A stretch of DNA of 64,000 nt. Origin: Paraspadella gotoi (Eukaryota > Animalia > Chaetognatha). The stretch is taken from the NCBI GenBank assembly GCA_051294375.1, contig CM119263.1, positions 15,726,532 through 15,790,531 of the forward strand, written 5' to 3'. The first letter of the stretch is position 1. Each line of letters starts with the position of its first letter. A program made the position numbers and the translations under genes. Below are positions 14,501 to 28,211 of this stretch, one piece after another. Under the pieces are notes generated by a model, which saw only the letters and a list, made by a program, of their open reading frames with translations, did not search any database and was not told the origin of the DNA.

Positions 14501-15110
14501 GGCGCGTTCAAGGTAAAATAGATCAAACCCTCGAGCGACCTCAAGACACAGAATGGCGATGTTCGCCAAACGCGCGCGGAAAAGCCCGTCGAGAAGGCCG
14601 CGTCCACCTCTTTCTTGAAAGAGAAGAAGAGCGCCATACGGTCCGGAGCGCCGGGGCGGCCGCTTGCGGGGCGGCTCCGAGCGTTCTTCTTCCCGCCGGA
14701 GGCGAGTCCTCTAGCGTCGGCGACGCCAGCAGAGCAGCGTCGAACGTGCCTGCCTTCGACGGGCGGCGACGGGGCGTGCCGTAAAAAGCCGCCGCTCTTT
14801 AAAGACCCAAATGTCGCTTCAAATCGAGATACTGAAGCAGAAGCAACGATCAGCGGCGTCTGCGTCGAACGCGCGGGGGGGCCGGCAGATAGGCGGAGAT
14901 CGGGCGGTCGAAAAGTGCGAAACAAATGGGAAACACGAGCGAGAATAAAGGGCGACGATGAGGAGAGAGGCGGTCGGCGGCTGCTGGCTGCTGCGGCTAA
15001 TAAGACAGTAACAGACCGGCAGGACAGACTTCGTCTTGCTCCGAAAATAACAACAACATGACGAACGGTTCGCGCCGCCCGTCACGAAAAACTAACAAGC
15101 CTGCAAAAAC
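11580..15110 (+). mobile_element. pol: Degenerate or error-laden Ty3/gypsy LTR-retrotransposon pol (RT-RNase H-integrase)
   Basis: Motifs occur in gypsy order across shifting + frames. RT/RH tether and RNase H start: 'KFDWRRAHGSIFDEK...VRLAADASSW' (FDW 12172, DAS 12262; consensus FxWxxxHxxxF...LxxDAS). Integrase Zn-finger remnant: 'RHDSH...FPNLSS...C' (about 12815-12900). Core: 'WPL..P...HDLF...G' (about 12945-13005), 'FGVTSGESD...EFA' (about 13123-13176), 'QSN' (13261), 'FVRTLK' (about 14238), 'SFRAKPTRLFGRR' (about 14270-14310). C-terminal: 'KW..A.I...DRLR' (14923-15035) and 'RRPSRKTNKP' (about 15075). No YxDD, gag or LTR could be identified. Confidence 0.75.
13680..14215. repeat. Degenerate tandem repeat array inside the integrase region
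   Basis: CAGCAAAA-containing units recur from 13710 to 14030. About five copies of a roughly 32-bp unit (consensus near TCAGCCGACACAACAAAACCATCTGTAACTT) follow at 14040-14215. Confidence 0.6.
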
Positions 15111-17099
15111 GTCACAATATGTTCCAGCATGACGACGACGACGACGACGGCAAGCAACAACAAAGGCAGAAAACGACTGCGATCTGTCTTCCGCCGCGAG
15201 AAACGACGACGACGACGACGACAGTGCGACGAGACGATGGGGTTGGATCCAAATACCTATTTAAGAGCTCTACCAGCCAGCAGTTACTAACTGGCAACAA
15301 ATGCGCTGCAATTCAAAAAAGGCAGCGGACCAGCGATGACGACTGCTCGACCAAAATTCGTCTTTGAGTCAGCCGCTGCGATGTAGCGAACGAGACGGCG
15401 AAGAAATCTGGCAGCGTGTTTTCTTCTTGACCGATTTGGCGACGCACGACGAACGAACGCGTTGAAACACGACAACGGACATCTGAGGGCGACGATTAAA
15501 ATAGACAACGAAAGCGACTTCTGCCTTCTTCTGTCGTGCGCACTCAAAATAACTTGACGGCTTAATCCAGGACACTCTGAGGTCGACGATTGAAATAAAG
15601 CGGACCGCGGCGAACCGGCAACTAAGTCATTTACTGGGACGAAGCGGCAAAGAAGATTGCCGTCGGTTAACGGAAAAATCGAAACCGCCAAAAACGCTAC
15701 AAAACGCGGCCCACGCGCACCTCCACCGGCGCCCGCCGCCGCCCTCGCGCCACTGCCACCACTGCCCCCGCACCGGCCGCCATGCCACTGCCACCTGTAG
15801 GCCACCTTGCACGAGGACGAATATCGACGGAGGCTTCGGGATCCGCCATCTCGCGAGGATGCTGAGACGAGATGAAGGAAGCTCCGGATCGCCAAGTGCT
15901 CGGCGGAAAACCGCAAGGGGTAAGTCGCGCGAAGTTTCGGCCAGCTGGCGAAGTCGATTGTTCGAGTGGAAACAAGAGGACGAGGCGAAAGACAACCGAC
16001 GTGCCGACCCGACGACGACGACGCTTTGAACGACGACGACGTTGAGAAAGAAGAAATCGTTCATATAGCGCGATCGCCAGGGGGCTGTGACGACGACCCG
16101 ACAGCCTGACGGACGACGACAGACCTTGAGTGACCGCTGGGGAGGAGAAAAGAGAAGTGAAAAAGATTTTCAGCCGGAAACCCTTTATGCTGTGGAAGAT
16201 CAGAAAAAATGTCGTTCTATCCATACAACTGACCGACGAAGACGAACTACGCCGACGTGACGTCACAACAACGACGAGAACGATGACCCAACGGGCGACG
16301 AAACAGACGACAAAAACGTTAAGACTCCGGCGACCACGACGCCGACGACGACGACGTACGACTGACGCCCGCACGCAAGAACGACAACGGCAGAGTGACT
16401 TCATAGCCGATAAATCGGTACGGCGATTATAAGAACTTTTGGAAAAAAGAAGAAAAGAGAAGAAAAAATTTACCGCTAAGTTTATCATCTACGTCTGAAT
16501 ATAACCCTTTTGGAACTGAAGACTCGATCGAATATGAAAAAAAATAAAGCGTTAATAGCTAAGATGTGCGCTAGAGAGAAAGAGAATCGATTTTCGCCAC
16601 GATCGTTTCTGGTACTCTTATTACTGGTGGTTTCATGCGGAGAGGATGATTACTGCCTAATATCGCACAGTGTTTTTTAGAAGTATCAGCTTAATTACAT
16701 CCGCCGAGAATCAAGGTCCTACGGCATTACCCGCGCCCGAGGGCGTCGCTCGCTCCTCTTCTTCCTTCCTCCTCCCGCCATTAGCCGCCTTTTTCTTCCA
16801 GACTCCATTCATAAACAAGAACGAAGACGCAAACGCCAAGTCACGCGCGCCTCGTGCCGAATCATCAATACTAAATAACGGTTGTAATGTTAGAAAGTGA
16901 GAGGCGATTCTAGGTCCATATTTTATCTTACAGGAAGAAAAATCTGGAACCTTCCATTGGCTATAGCTGTTGAACGGCGTATAGGACGGAGAACTAGCGA
17001 TGGAAAGGCTCTGGGATCGTCGCTCGTAGGATAAAAAGTATAAGTCGGCGTGTACGTTGGAAGGACATGTCGGCCCGGATTAATGGGAATGCGTGGACG

Positions 17100-18960
17100 G
17101 AGCAATGGATAAAAAATGTTGCGTAGCGTGGATGCGAGAAGGCGTCGTCCTCGCGAAACAATCGATGCATGACGACTTTTTTATCTCGGCTAACCATCTC
17201 ACAGTATTGCCGCTGTTGACGAAAAAGACTAAAAAGAGAGACGGATGGACATAATTACTTGAGACTCAGATGAGTGAATAAAGGCGACCGGCGAATGGAG
17301 GTGAGCAAGCCAGCGGCTAAAGCAAGCAGGACAAGGAAATTATGCGGCTAGAACAATGAGGCGCCGACGAGGGAGTGCGGCAGCCCTCTGTTGCATGCAG
17401 CGTAGAGACGCATCGGTGACGCTTTTGTTCTCGAAATCCCCGGGTGTTCCGGCCGTGGCGGAAGTCTCAACCCGTAAAAGATACCTGCTCGGGGGACGAC
17501 TCCCGTCTGACGAGAGTTCCACGATCGCCATCTTTTAGTGTTCGAACCTGCCTGGCTGCCATAGGCGTTTTTTCGTGCGTTAAATTGAAAGATTCGTACC
17601 TATCGATACTAAAGAATGCGAAATTAGGGACCGACGACGTAAGACAGAGCGACGAAGAAGATCCCAAATCCTAAAAGCGGCGATGATGCTTTTGTTTCGA
17701 GCGACCACGACGACGACGGATGACGATGGGGCGCGTGCATCGACGCAGACACGAAGGGAGGTGAAAAATCCTTACTGGCCACGACGCGAAAAATGGACTT
17801 CCATGTATGCAAGGATTGAGTTCTTTCTGGTTCTCCAGCAATGATCGGGAACAGGAAGCCACCTCGAGGTTGCCCGAGTGGCGGCGGAAGAGGTCGGCGT
17901 CGAGGACGGTAAATTCGTCCAATGAGGAAGAGACTGCGACCGCCAACGTCCCCATGAACAGCCCGATCGGAGGTGTCGAGCGTAGGAGGTGGTTAACGAA
18001 ACGTGTACGCCAGACAGGAAAACGCGCCGCCAAGGACTGCGTATCGAAGATTAAGGCTCGTCGCGACGCGTCCGACGCTCGTTTTGGGACGGCGGAGCGC
18101 AGCCGTTCGGCGGTATCGGCGTCGGCTGGACGTCAACCAGTCGGCGCCCACTCCTATAGCCGCGGCGATGAGCTGCAATTCGAATGATTAGTACGACGCG
18201 TATATGCGGACCGAATTAATCATGAACTTGACGTGCGTCCAGAGACGACGGTCGAGAAGCAGAAACGAGGATACTAGCCGCCATCTACGATACGCTCCCA
18301 CGCCGCGTTGGGGATAAAGAGAAACGCCGAGAGAACGGCGGACCCGAGAACGGATCGCCGGAGAGATTTCGCGCGACTGTACGAAACGACGCCAAAGGAC
18401 ATATACGAAAGCGGAGGGCGCAAATCACTGGGAAGGAGTCGAGGCTAATTTAAGCCGGTGCGTCATCGGACGATCGTCCGAGAAGCGAGCGCAACACCTG
18501 GTCGTTTTCGGAGGAGCAAGGAGACGTTTTTCCTGCATTCGTGTACCCCGTGGACGTCGGGAGTTTTCGAACGGCGTCAAAATTTCTGTGCAAAGCAAGA
18601 TGGGCGCCAAAAAACTCGGGGCGGGGTCGATCGACATTGGGGGCTTTCGGCGGCAGGTGGAAGCGGAGATACGCGTCGCGCGGCGTGCGGAAAGGAAGTT
18701 ACTCCTGAAAAACGGCGACTGCGGAATCGCTCAGCAGGCAGTCAACAGCAGGCATTTACAAAAACATGCACCAAAATTCACCATCATCACTCGTATATAT
18801 TCAACCGAGCGGTGAGTTCAACCGTAGATGCTCGTAGGTTTGCTGCTGCGGGCAGGAGCCATGAATGATGCAGTAGTTCTTTGCATGCTTTGTTTGGGCG
18901 GCATCCACACAGAAAGCAAGCCGAGCCCTTGCTTCCCTCTGACAGCAGACCAGGCCCCCA
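17100..18960 (+). pseudogene. Frameshifted env-like class III fusion glycoprotein (herpes gB/chuvirus G-type) of the retroelement
   Basis: Ordered Cys-containing motifs resemble chuvirus/Tas-type glycoproteins: 'VLEIPGC' (17427-17447), 'CSGDDS...SVRTCLAAI' (17486-17563), 'CMQGLSSFW' (about 17804-17830), 'AIYDTL' (about 18280), 'TPGRF...ETFFLHSCTP/VDV...R..NFC' (18494-18590; consensus PG...GE..Y+..C.PV.V..R...C), 'EI...LKNGD' (about 18667-18720). A hydrophobic TM-like stretch 'LVGLLL...AVVLCMLCL' follows (18830-18897). Confidence 0.55.
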
Positions 18961-19779
18961 GTTGCAACGAACGGCAAAGGACCCTCCCCCTTCGGGACCA
19001 CAACTCACCGTCAACGTGAGGGCAGGTACGGCCAATTGGCAGCGAGGGAGGCAGTGGAAACGAGCACAGATAGTTCGGGCGACTAAATTCGTCTCACCGC
19101 AGTGGGCCGTAGACCCAGCGCCCGCGAAGACCCCGCGCCGCGAGCCGAGGCACTTGAGCGGGCGGCACTCTCCATCAATTTCTCGAAAGTCGACCGAGGG
19201 ATTCTTCGAGTCCTTATCGTGGGGCGGCGGCGGCGTCGGCGGCGGCGCGATTGGCAAGGCAAGATAATCAGCGTGGGCGGAAGCGTCCCGTTCGCAAACG
19301 GCTTCGCGAGGCGATACAAGGGAGAAGGCGACGGCGCCTACGGCGGTTCTCGGGCGAGATCTTCGCGGTCACGTGGATGCCGTCCGGCGTCTGTCAGGCT
19401 TCTTCTTCTTCTCTTGATTTTTATCGACCAGAATTATCCTGAATCACATCACAAAGTATTAGGACCGAGAGAGGAGAATTTTACTGTGCGTTGTCCTTAG
19501 TTCGGCATACTTTGTCGGTTCTTTCAAGAATACCGTGGCTGTACCCTAGCTGGACTTCAGATTCACGTCCTGCGCAGGTTCCTGATCTTCCCATAAAGCA
19601 GGTCTTAAAGTAGAACACGCCGCTAGAAAGCTCAGAAGGTGCGGGTCAATAGCCGTTTTTTATTAAGGTTAATTTTTTTGTAATTTTGTTAGGCGATCTA
19701 ATTCGTAAGGAAATCATTCATTAAATTTATATACTGAAATTTTCAAACCACGATTATAACGTAGTATTCCGGTTTGGGT

Positions 19780-20196
19780 ATGTAAGAGGCGAGGAGTGGT
19801 TTTAATAGTCCAACACAAGCTGTCTTTTGATGACTGTTGTTACACAGTTCGCATCCTTTTTTTGTTACAGCAGTGAATAAGAATGCGAGGCCAGCTTATT
19901 ATAATATGAGCGTTGTTTAAAGGCTTATGACTTATTACAGCTGTCGAGACTAATTCTTTATATATAAAAATTGTACATTTTTCTTCTAAAATTTTGGGTC
20001 GATTGGTGTCGTGCCATTGGAGAGGACTTAATATCAACATGATAATATTGTAGAAATAAGAAACAGGCGAGGAGAATTAGTAGTCTTCTTTTAGGAAGGG
20101 AATTTGAGTTTAAAAAAAAAAAGGACAAGTTTTGAATAAACGAAGAGAGAAATTCTTGGTGAGGTTAGGTAAGGGCGTCGGGTGAGTTATCGAAGA
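19780..20196 (+). repeat. Noisy duplicate of about 21075-21337 abutting a 25-N gap
   Basis: 20082-20196 is nearly identical to 21224-21337. Further upstream the first copy is an insertion-expanded version of the second. Confidence 0.8.
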
Positions 20197-23100
20197 NNNN
20201 NNNNNNNNNNNNNNNNNNNNNACTTTTTTCTCCTTTTTTTCCCTTATTTTCTTTTTTATTTCCTTTTCCTTCTCGTCTAAAGCGTTAATGCTTTCACAGG
20301 TTTTCTGTACTCCTTTTTGATTCTGTTTTATGTGGTTTCGAATTAAAATTTTATTAATCAAAGCAACGAGGCCATTTTACGAATTACTACTATATGTCAA
20401 GTTAGAAAAGATGGCATATTTTATCATTCTTGGTCGATAACATGTTTAAAAATATATTTATTTCCATGACATGACTTGGAACAATAAAAAAAAATGTTGT
20501 TGATAATGTTATGACGATTTTTTTAAATTATTGCCTCAAAATGTCATAATTAATTGGAGAAAATAGGAAAAGCGATGAGTCAAAAATTATGTTAAAAGCA
20601 GGCTCGGTTCTCGTGAGACCATTTTTTTCGGTACCATGCATCTTTTATGTTTCTTGTTTTTTTTAAATTGAAAAATCAAAATTAGGAAATTGGGTATCAA
20701 GAAGGTGAAAATCCCTTCACCTATGAAGTTGTTTCGTTTCGACGACGACGACGACGACGACGACGAAGCCGACTCACCCGCAATCGAAAACGACGACGAC
20801 GAAGACAACGACAACGACGAAGACAACGAAAGGAAAACGAAGAGTACTTTTACGGTTTTGGCATTTTCCCTCTTTCGCGCTTTCTTTTTTTTGGCAAAAA
20901 AACCTTCGACAGAAGGCGGGAACGAGGGAAAAGAAAGGAACAAGGGGAGAAAAAAAGGGGAAAGAAAAGAGGAAAAGAGAAGCGAATAAGAAAACAATAT
21001 TAGGGAGAACAAAGGAAGGAGATAGGAGAAGAAAGAAAGAAAGGGGAGTATAATGACTAATTAATTAATCTAATAAGTGGTAAACGAGTGTTTTAGACCA
21101 AAGTCCAATGTTGTGAATCTTTTTGACGTGAAACGAATGAAAGGGTTAAGCATGAAAGACATTTTTCTTTGGATTGTCTCAATGGAAAGAAGATCAATTG
21201 TGAAAAAAAAACAGCGGGATATCAGTCTTCTTTACGAAGGGAATTTGAGTTTAAAAAAAAAGAAGGACAAGTTTTGAATAAACGAAGAGAGAAATTCTTG
21301 GTGAGGTTAGGTAAGGGCGTCGGGTGAGTTATCGAAGATTCGTCGCAAGAATTTTAATTTCCCCCGTGAACGTCACTCGCGCCACGCAAAAATCACGAAA
21401 TCGTTCACACGTGGCAGTTCACAACTTTTATATGACTTAAAATTTCCAACTGACGCTCACGATCTCAACCTCGATTTCGTGAAAGTTAAAAAAAAAAAAC
21501 CCTGAAACGAAAATCTTCCTTCCCTCGAAATTCATCTTTCCTGAATTTGAAAACTATTTTTCAAATCGAAATTACTCTTTCCCGTTCTTTTTTTTTCTTT
21601 CGCTTTTTATAAAAGAAGTTTCTGCTTCGAGCTTCTGTTTAATTTTCCCTCTTTTCTTTCTTTTTTTTTTCTTCTCTTCTTCCATAATCTCTTTCTCTGT
21701 CGCGAAAAAATAAAAAAAAATCCTTTCCTCAAATACAATGAAACTTGGAAAGGAAGGCCGGGAAATGAATTTTTTTTTTGTTGGGGTCCCAGGTACAAAA
21801 AGAAATGTAAAAATTTGTAGCCTATTCTTCTCCAAGTGTCTTTCTTTTCCCCGCCCTCTCTCTCTCACTCTCTCGATTTCTTTTTCTTTCTTTCTCTTTC
21901 TTTATTACTTTCTTTCTCTGCCTCTACAAAAAAAAAAACACCAAAAAAACTGAATTTTTTTTCACAGCGGGCACAGCAGACATAAAAGTCAGGCGGTAGG
22001 GTGAGTGAGAAAAAGTGCGAAAAAAAAAGCGAAGAGGCAACGCGAGAAATAAGAGGTTGCCAACAGCAAATGATGAGTCGTTCAAGTTGGCTCTACAAAA
22101 ACAAAAAAACTATTTGCTTTCTTCTTAACGACAAAACAAGCTTCCCCCCGCCCCCTGGAACGCCAATATTCTTTCTAACTCCCTGTGCTGCTTAACAAGG
22201 CCCCTGAAACTTATAAGTCAAAGCGTTTGAAAGCATCTTTCGCGATGAGTGTTAGAAGCTACGGAATCGCTTTACCCTGGCTTTGATTTACGATAATGAA
22301 CTGTTAGTTCTACGTATCGTTTATTTATCGATCTCTTTAAAAAGAACGACCACCCCGACCTACCCCTTCTTCCTCTCGTTAAAAAAAAGCCCAACCCCAC
22401 CCGGGCCTGCTCACCCCCGCACTCACCCCACTCTCATCCCACGTCCCAAGGCTCCCAAACCTCGCCCGTCTCCCATCCAAAAAATGTCGAGGGTGAGAGA
22501 AAAGTCGGCGGCTTAAAGAGAGAGGCGAGAGAAAAGTAAGGTCGCGGCTTAAGAGGGCGCTAAAAGATAAGTGTAAATTGTTCTTCGACGAGAAAGGGGC
22601 CGCTTTTGAAAAAAAAAAGACCAAAAAAAAAGAAACACAACTCTTTTATTGTTCGATGACGCGTTTTTGTTTGTCTGTCGTCTTCGTTTTCTGTGGTGCC
22701 TCAGATGCCTCAAATGCCCATTGTCAACGTTAAATCGACATCGTCGTTAAATATCATTATCGTCTTTATTATCGTCGTCATCGTTCCTACTTCTTTATCT
22801 TCTTTTCCCCTTTTCTCCCGCCGAGAACCAGAACGCAGGGACGACGGTTCGACTGTCTCATCGACGCGATTTGGAGATGAAAAAAAAAAAGCTGAAGAGA
22901 ATCTTTTAATCATCTCAGTTTTGGACTCAACTTGTTTACAGTCGGAGATTAAATCCCGAGTATATCTCGGCGTCTGGAACCATAAAAGGGAGAATCTGGA
23001 TTTTGGATAATGGAAAGAGTTCGGGGACGGGGAAGGGGAAGGGGAAGGGGAAGGGGAGTGATATGGAGGGGATGGAGAAATGGAGGTGTCGTCGAGCGCA

Positions 23101-24511
23101 AGCAATATATATAATTATATATATATATATATAGATAAGAAAATTAACTGAACTAAAAAAATTTAAATATAAAAGCTAAACTACTATTTAGATAAAACAA
23201 ATTAACTCTTAAGCCAAAAAAAAATAAAACAAAAAAACAAAAAACAAACGCAGTCGTGACGCCGGTTATGACGTGGTTTTCTCCTCCCCCCTTCTCTCGC
23301 CCCCCCCCCCTCCGAACAAAAAATAAACCCAGAGTGTTTTGGACTTCGGATCCGAGTTGTGAATTCTCGAGCGTGCCCTGACTTTTGTCAGCCATGAGAC
23401 GTATATTGCGCCCCCTTCACGAAAATGGGACCCGCCGCCCGCCGCACGCCGCCCGACGCACGCCGCCAGGGATAGAATGAACTCGGAATAGCTCCTCCCC
23501 TCCAGACCCATATAGACCCCTCCAGAACCCTAAAGTCCCTCCCAGACCCCTCCCGTTGAAATCCCGGATTGTTTAGTTTCGCTTCAAGGTTCGAGCCACG
23601 TTGGAATCCAAACATTTACGGCTATACTTAAACTCGGGGATGGGTTATTAAAAAATATTAAACTGATTTAAAGCGGAACGTTCCGCTTAATGAATGGCCG
23701 CCTCCTTAAATGTCGCTATGTGACCTTAAATGTGAGCAGGTTACAATGAATGTCGGGTATTTGAGTGTAAAAGGATATTTCTTCGCTCATTCGCTGAAAC
23801 GAAAATTATTCTTTTTAAAACTCATACAGGGAGAAAGTTTGCGTTTTTAAATTGGATGATAATGACCGCGATGACGATGATGATGATGATGACGAGAAAG
23901 ACGAAGGATAAAAAAAAAATGATTTATGATCCCGACGTCCAACCGCCAGCGCTGGCGACCCTCGTTGTTCTCCCACTTCTCCTCGAGTACTTTGTTGATG
24001 TCGTTATTGTTGTGGTCGTTGTGGGCGTTGTTGTGGCCAGATCTCATATGTCGGAATGTATATTAAAGTCACGGGTTTTTTTTTTTCCAAATTGGTTTCG
24101 CTATAACTCAGCTTTATTCGCTTGATAATGAATTAATCATCAATTAAATTTTTTTTTTCTTTCGAGCCAGTGTCGAGTTTCATTACGTTTTCTGTAATAA
24201 AAATTTATCAGATTTCTCAACTTTTTTATTTCGTCATAAATTTTCACCTCGGAAAAAACGTGTCGGTAGGAGTAATAAATCTTAACAGCAAAATGTACAT
24301 TTTTAAAGATATATAGACAATAAAATGTGGTTTAAAGACTCAACTTGTATGTATTTTGATCATAAAAGAAAGTGACAGCCTCGTGAACCTTGTGAACTTT
24401 TTTGTCCTCGTCTTCGTCAACGTCTTCTTCGGCGTCTTCCTTCGGCGAGGAGTCGTCTCTTTAAATCGCGCCAAAACGACTTCTGCCTCCATCCAGGATA
24501 AAGGAAAATAA

Positions 24512-24548
<37 letters not shown>

Positions 24549-25521
24549 GAATAAAAATGGGAATGGAAGGAGGTGAGATAAAAAGGATTGGAATGGAAAA
24601 ACAAAAAAAAAAAAAGCTGTGGTTTGGAAGAAGCCAGTCAATTTTACCTATTGAAAGAAAAATAGGAATTTAAACGGAGGAACATATCAAGTGTCTACAT
24701 AATAATGGCTCAGATAATGTTGTGAATGGCTTAATTCTTTATACGCGATATAAATTTTGTTTACAACTATCTTTCTCAAGAATTTTATCTTTTTATTATT
24801 TAAGTAGTCATGCAGGATTTCGTTTTGAAACCCTGACTCGGCTCAAGTACGCAAGTGCCGCTGAAAACTCGTGGAATGAATATCGAAATATATTCAGAAT
24901 CAGATTTGTTTCTCGGGCACCGGGTCTCCAGGGTCTCCCGCCTCTAAACTCCCCTGTTCGATTTATTGAATAAAATACTCACTTGAAAAATGTTTCTCCC
25001 TCTCTTAAGTTTACGGTCGTCGCTCGTCTCCTTTGCGGGGGACCTCGCATTAATAATGGCAAGATGATTAAAAGGGAGAGTAAAAGAGATTGAGATAGAG
25101 ATAATTGATACTTCAAGAGGTCAAAATAATAAGTACTCCTATTTTATAAAAAAGTCGAAGATAAAAAGAAGAAAATGATAACAAATAAAGAGAGAGCTTA
25201 AATTCCAGTGAAACTGAAGGTGGGAGTGGCGCGAATTCCGACGCCTTCCTGACTAATCACGTCATTCGTCATCCCGATCGAACGATCGTTCGAGGCTTCG
25301 ATTTTGACCTTGAACGAGGGAGTGTCAAGTGCGACGGGGTTGTGGGGGAAGAATTGGGAGTGGATCGGTAAGTGTGGTGCAAGAGGAGGGTGATAAAGTG
25401 AATGTTTGAAGGAAGAGTGACGAATCGGAGAGTTAAGATTGACGAACAATCTTCGCGTAACCGTGGAGAGAGAGAGAGAGAGAAGGAAAGAGCAGAGGAG
25501 AGGAGAGAGAGAGAGAGAGAG

Positions 25522-25553
<32 letters not shown>

Positions 25554-26052
25554 TCTGTCGAGAAGAATTATGAAGATGAAATGATTTTTTGTCCCTCCCA
25601 GAAAAAAAAATATAGGAGGGAGAAAATTTATTGGAATCATGTTGAAAGGAAAGAAATTTAAAAGCCTCCGGGGTTTAAAGAAAGAAAGAAAGAATGAAAA
25701 AAAGAAGGAAAGGGAGAGAGAGAGAGAGAGATGGGGAGGAAAAAAGAGAGAAATTCTTAAGGATTAAACAAGGCGAAACCAACACCATGGTTAAAATGGA
25801 AAAAAAAAGCTGAGAATGAGCCGATTTGCAATTTCCGGCTTTAATGAAGTAATTAGTGGGGAAATGCCTTTTCTATGGAGTGGATGGGAGGATGGTAACA
25901 AAGAAGACAAGAGCAGAAAAAAGAAAATCACGAGACCGGATCTAATCATTGGAGACATTTAAGAATCAACTCAGATATCTTGAGCATCTTGCGGCGTCGA
26001 AAGTCGGATAGCATGACGGTTTGGTGAAAGAGGGACGACCTCTCTCTCTTTT

Positions 26053-26187
<135 letters not shown>

Positions 26188-26889
26188 CTCTCAGTTCTCT
26201 CTCAAACCCAGGGACCGTTCCGTCAGAGAGATTCACGGAGCGTAATCTTTTGCGAATGATTAGTGATTTCTTCGATGGCAGTTTGGAATTTGCCTCGCTA
26301 CCCGCCGCCTACACGCCACCGCCGCCGCACTGCAACACCACCGCCGCCACCGGCAAATAACCGGCCTGGCCTTTCCGGCTGAAGAATTGCCCTCGAGTAG
26401 CGAGCGACGGCGATTTTTCAGATGGCGCTGCAACTCGGGCTTTGCGTCTTTGTCTTTTTGCATCTCCGTCGATGCTCGACGCTTTTAGCCCTTTTGTTTG
26501 ATCCCTTCGAAAATGGATGGAATCGAAATGGACTATAGGACTGAAATGGATGGAAATGGAGAAAAAATCGATGAGTCCGTTTGTCCGGCGTAAGTTGAAG
26601 AGAGAGAGTCTCGCCGAGAGACCCGCTAATTTGTTTTCCCTAATCTTTCGTAAACTATCGTCTTGGTCAGTTTTGTTTTTTTTCTATTCACGTCGTAAAG
26701 ATACGAAGAATTCTTCGCCGAAAAATAAACAAACAATTTTACCTCTTCCCACTACAAACCACAGTTCTCCTCTTCCACATTTAGGTCTCCTCTTCTTACT
26801 TTTATTCTACTCTTTCTCTCTTCACTTCCACAAAATCTTCAAACCCTCTTAACCCCTTTCTTTCTTTGTTTCTCCCTCTTTCCACTAGC

Positions 26890-26964
<75 letters not shown>

Positions 26965-27351
26965 CTTCTCTTCTCTCTCTCTCTCTCCCTTCTTCTCTCT
27001 CTTCTCTCCTCTTCTCTCTCTCTCTCTTTCACCTTTGCCTCTCCAGTCTCTCCCTTTTCCTCTTCACCTAAAAAAGTTATCCTCTCGATCTCCGGCACCT
27101 GCCTATCTACATCCCATTCTCCCCACGTCTTGCACCTCCCCCACTCCTCCACCTGCTCCTTCCGCGGGTCATGAATCAGAGAGCGATGATGTTGACGATG
27201 ATGATCTCGTCGTCGCTGACGTCGTCCGCGTTATTAATGTTGTTTCTCCTCCCGCGATGTCCGACTCATCGAAATCTCCTTTGACCATCTCAAAAGGAAC
27301 TTGTTTACATTCATGTCTTACGAACGACCCTGGGCGGTGATGCCGTGCCAG

Positions 27352-27402
27352 CCGCAGCGGCGGCAGCTGCGGCAACTGCGGCAGCTGCGGCAGCTGCGGC
27401 AG
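27352..27402. repeat. 9-bp tandem repeat (GCGGCAGCT)n
   Basis: About five copies are directly visible. Confidence 0.75.
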
Positions 27403-28211
27403 TCGGAGGAGCCCGCCGCAGAATGCCTCCTCGAATTTTTCCCACTTTTTTTTTGTTTTACGTCAAGAAGAATTCGTATCCAATTAATGTAATTTTGCTT
27501 TCAAAAATACGACGAATTTTTTAATTTAAAATATGTTCAAAATATAGTCAATTTTTTTATAATTTACTAAGGTATATCCTTTTTCATTTATTTTTTGAAT
27601 TATTCCTGTTTTTATTTTAATTAAAGACGGCAGCGTCTTTGGTTTTTCTTAATTCCGAAAAGTCATTAAATTTGGCGGACGTGATGCGACGCAAGACTCG
27701 TGCCTCTGCTTAAGATACAAAATTGAAAGTGGGAACGACAGAGAGGGAGAGAGTGGAAAAAAAATCGATTAATTCTCTTGAGAGAGGGGGAAAAAGAGAG
27801 AAAAAAAATCTGGAAGAAACCATAAACCATTATGATGCAAAAAACATGTCGCGAATTCGATATCACCTCGGGTCTTCAAGGAACTACTGCCGCTGCCGCC
27901 CCCCCCCTCCCCGCCACCGCCGCCGACGCAGCCAGCAACAGCTCCTCACAAAAAGAAGAATTTCGCTTACGTCAATGATTCGCTCCGAGATTTTTGGGAT
28001 GCCCTCCTCGAAACTCTCGTCGTAAACGATGGCAAAATATTTTGATTTCGAGTTCCTCGAATCCGGTTTTAAAACTTCTGGGTGGTTTTAGTCAAGTTTT
28101 TTTTCTTTTGCTTCCGTTAAGATGGAGAAGTAATGTACGTCGCAACTCCATTAAATCCTTGTTTAGTCACGGTACGATTGAACTCGAAAGGATTTTAAAA
28201 CTATTAAAATG

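Noticed and set aside
23671-23688. Perfect 18-bp palindrome AAGCGGAACGTTCCGCTT
   Set aside because: It is isolated, with no context supporting a function.
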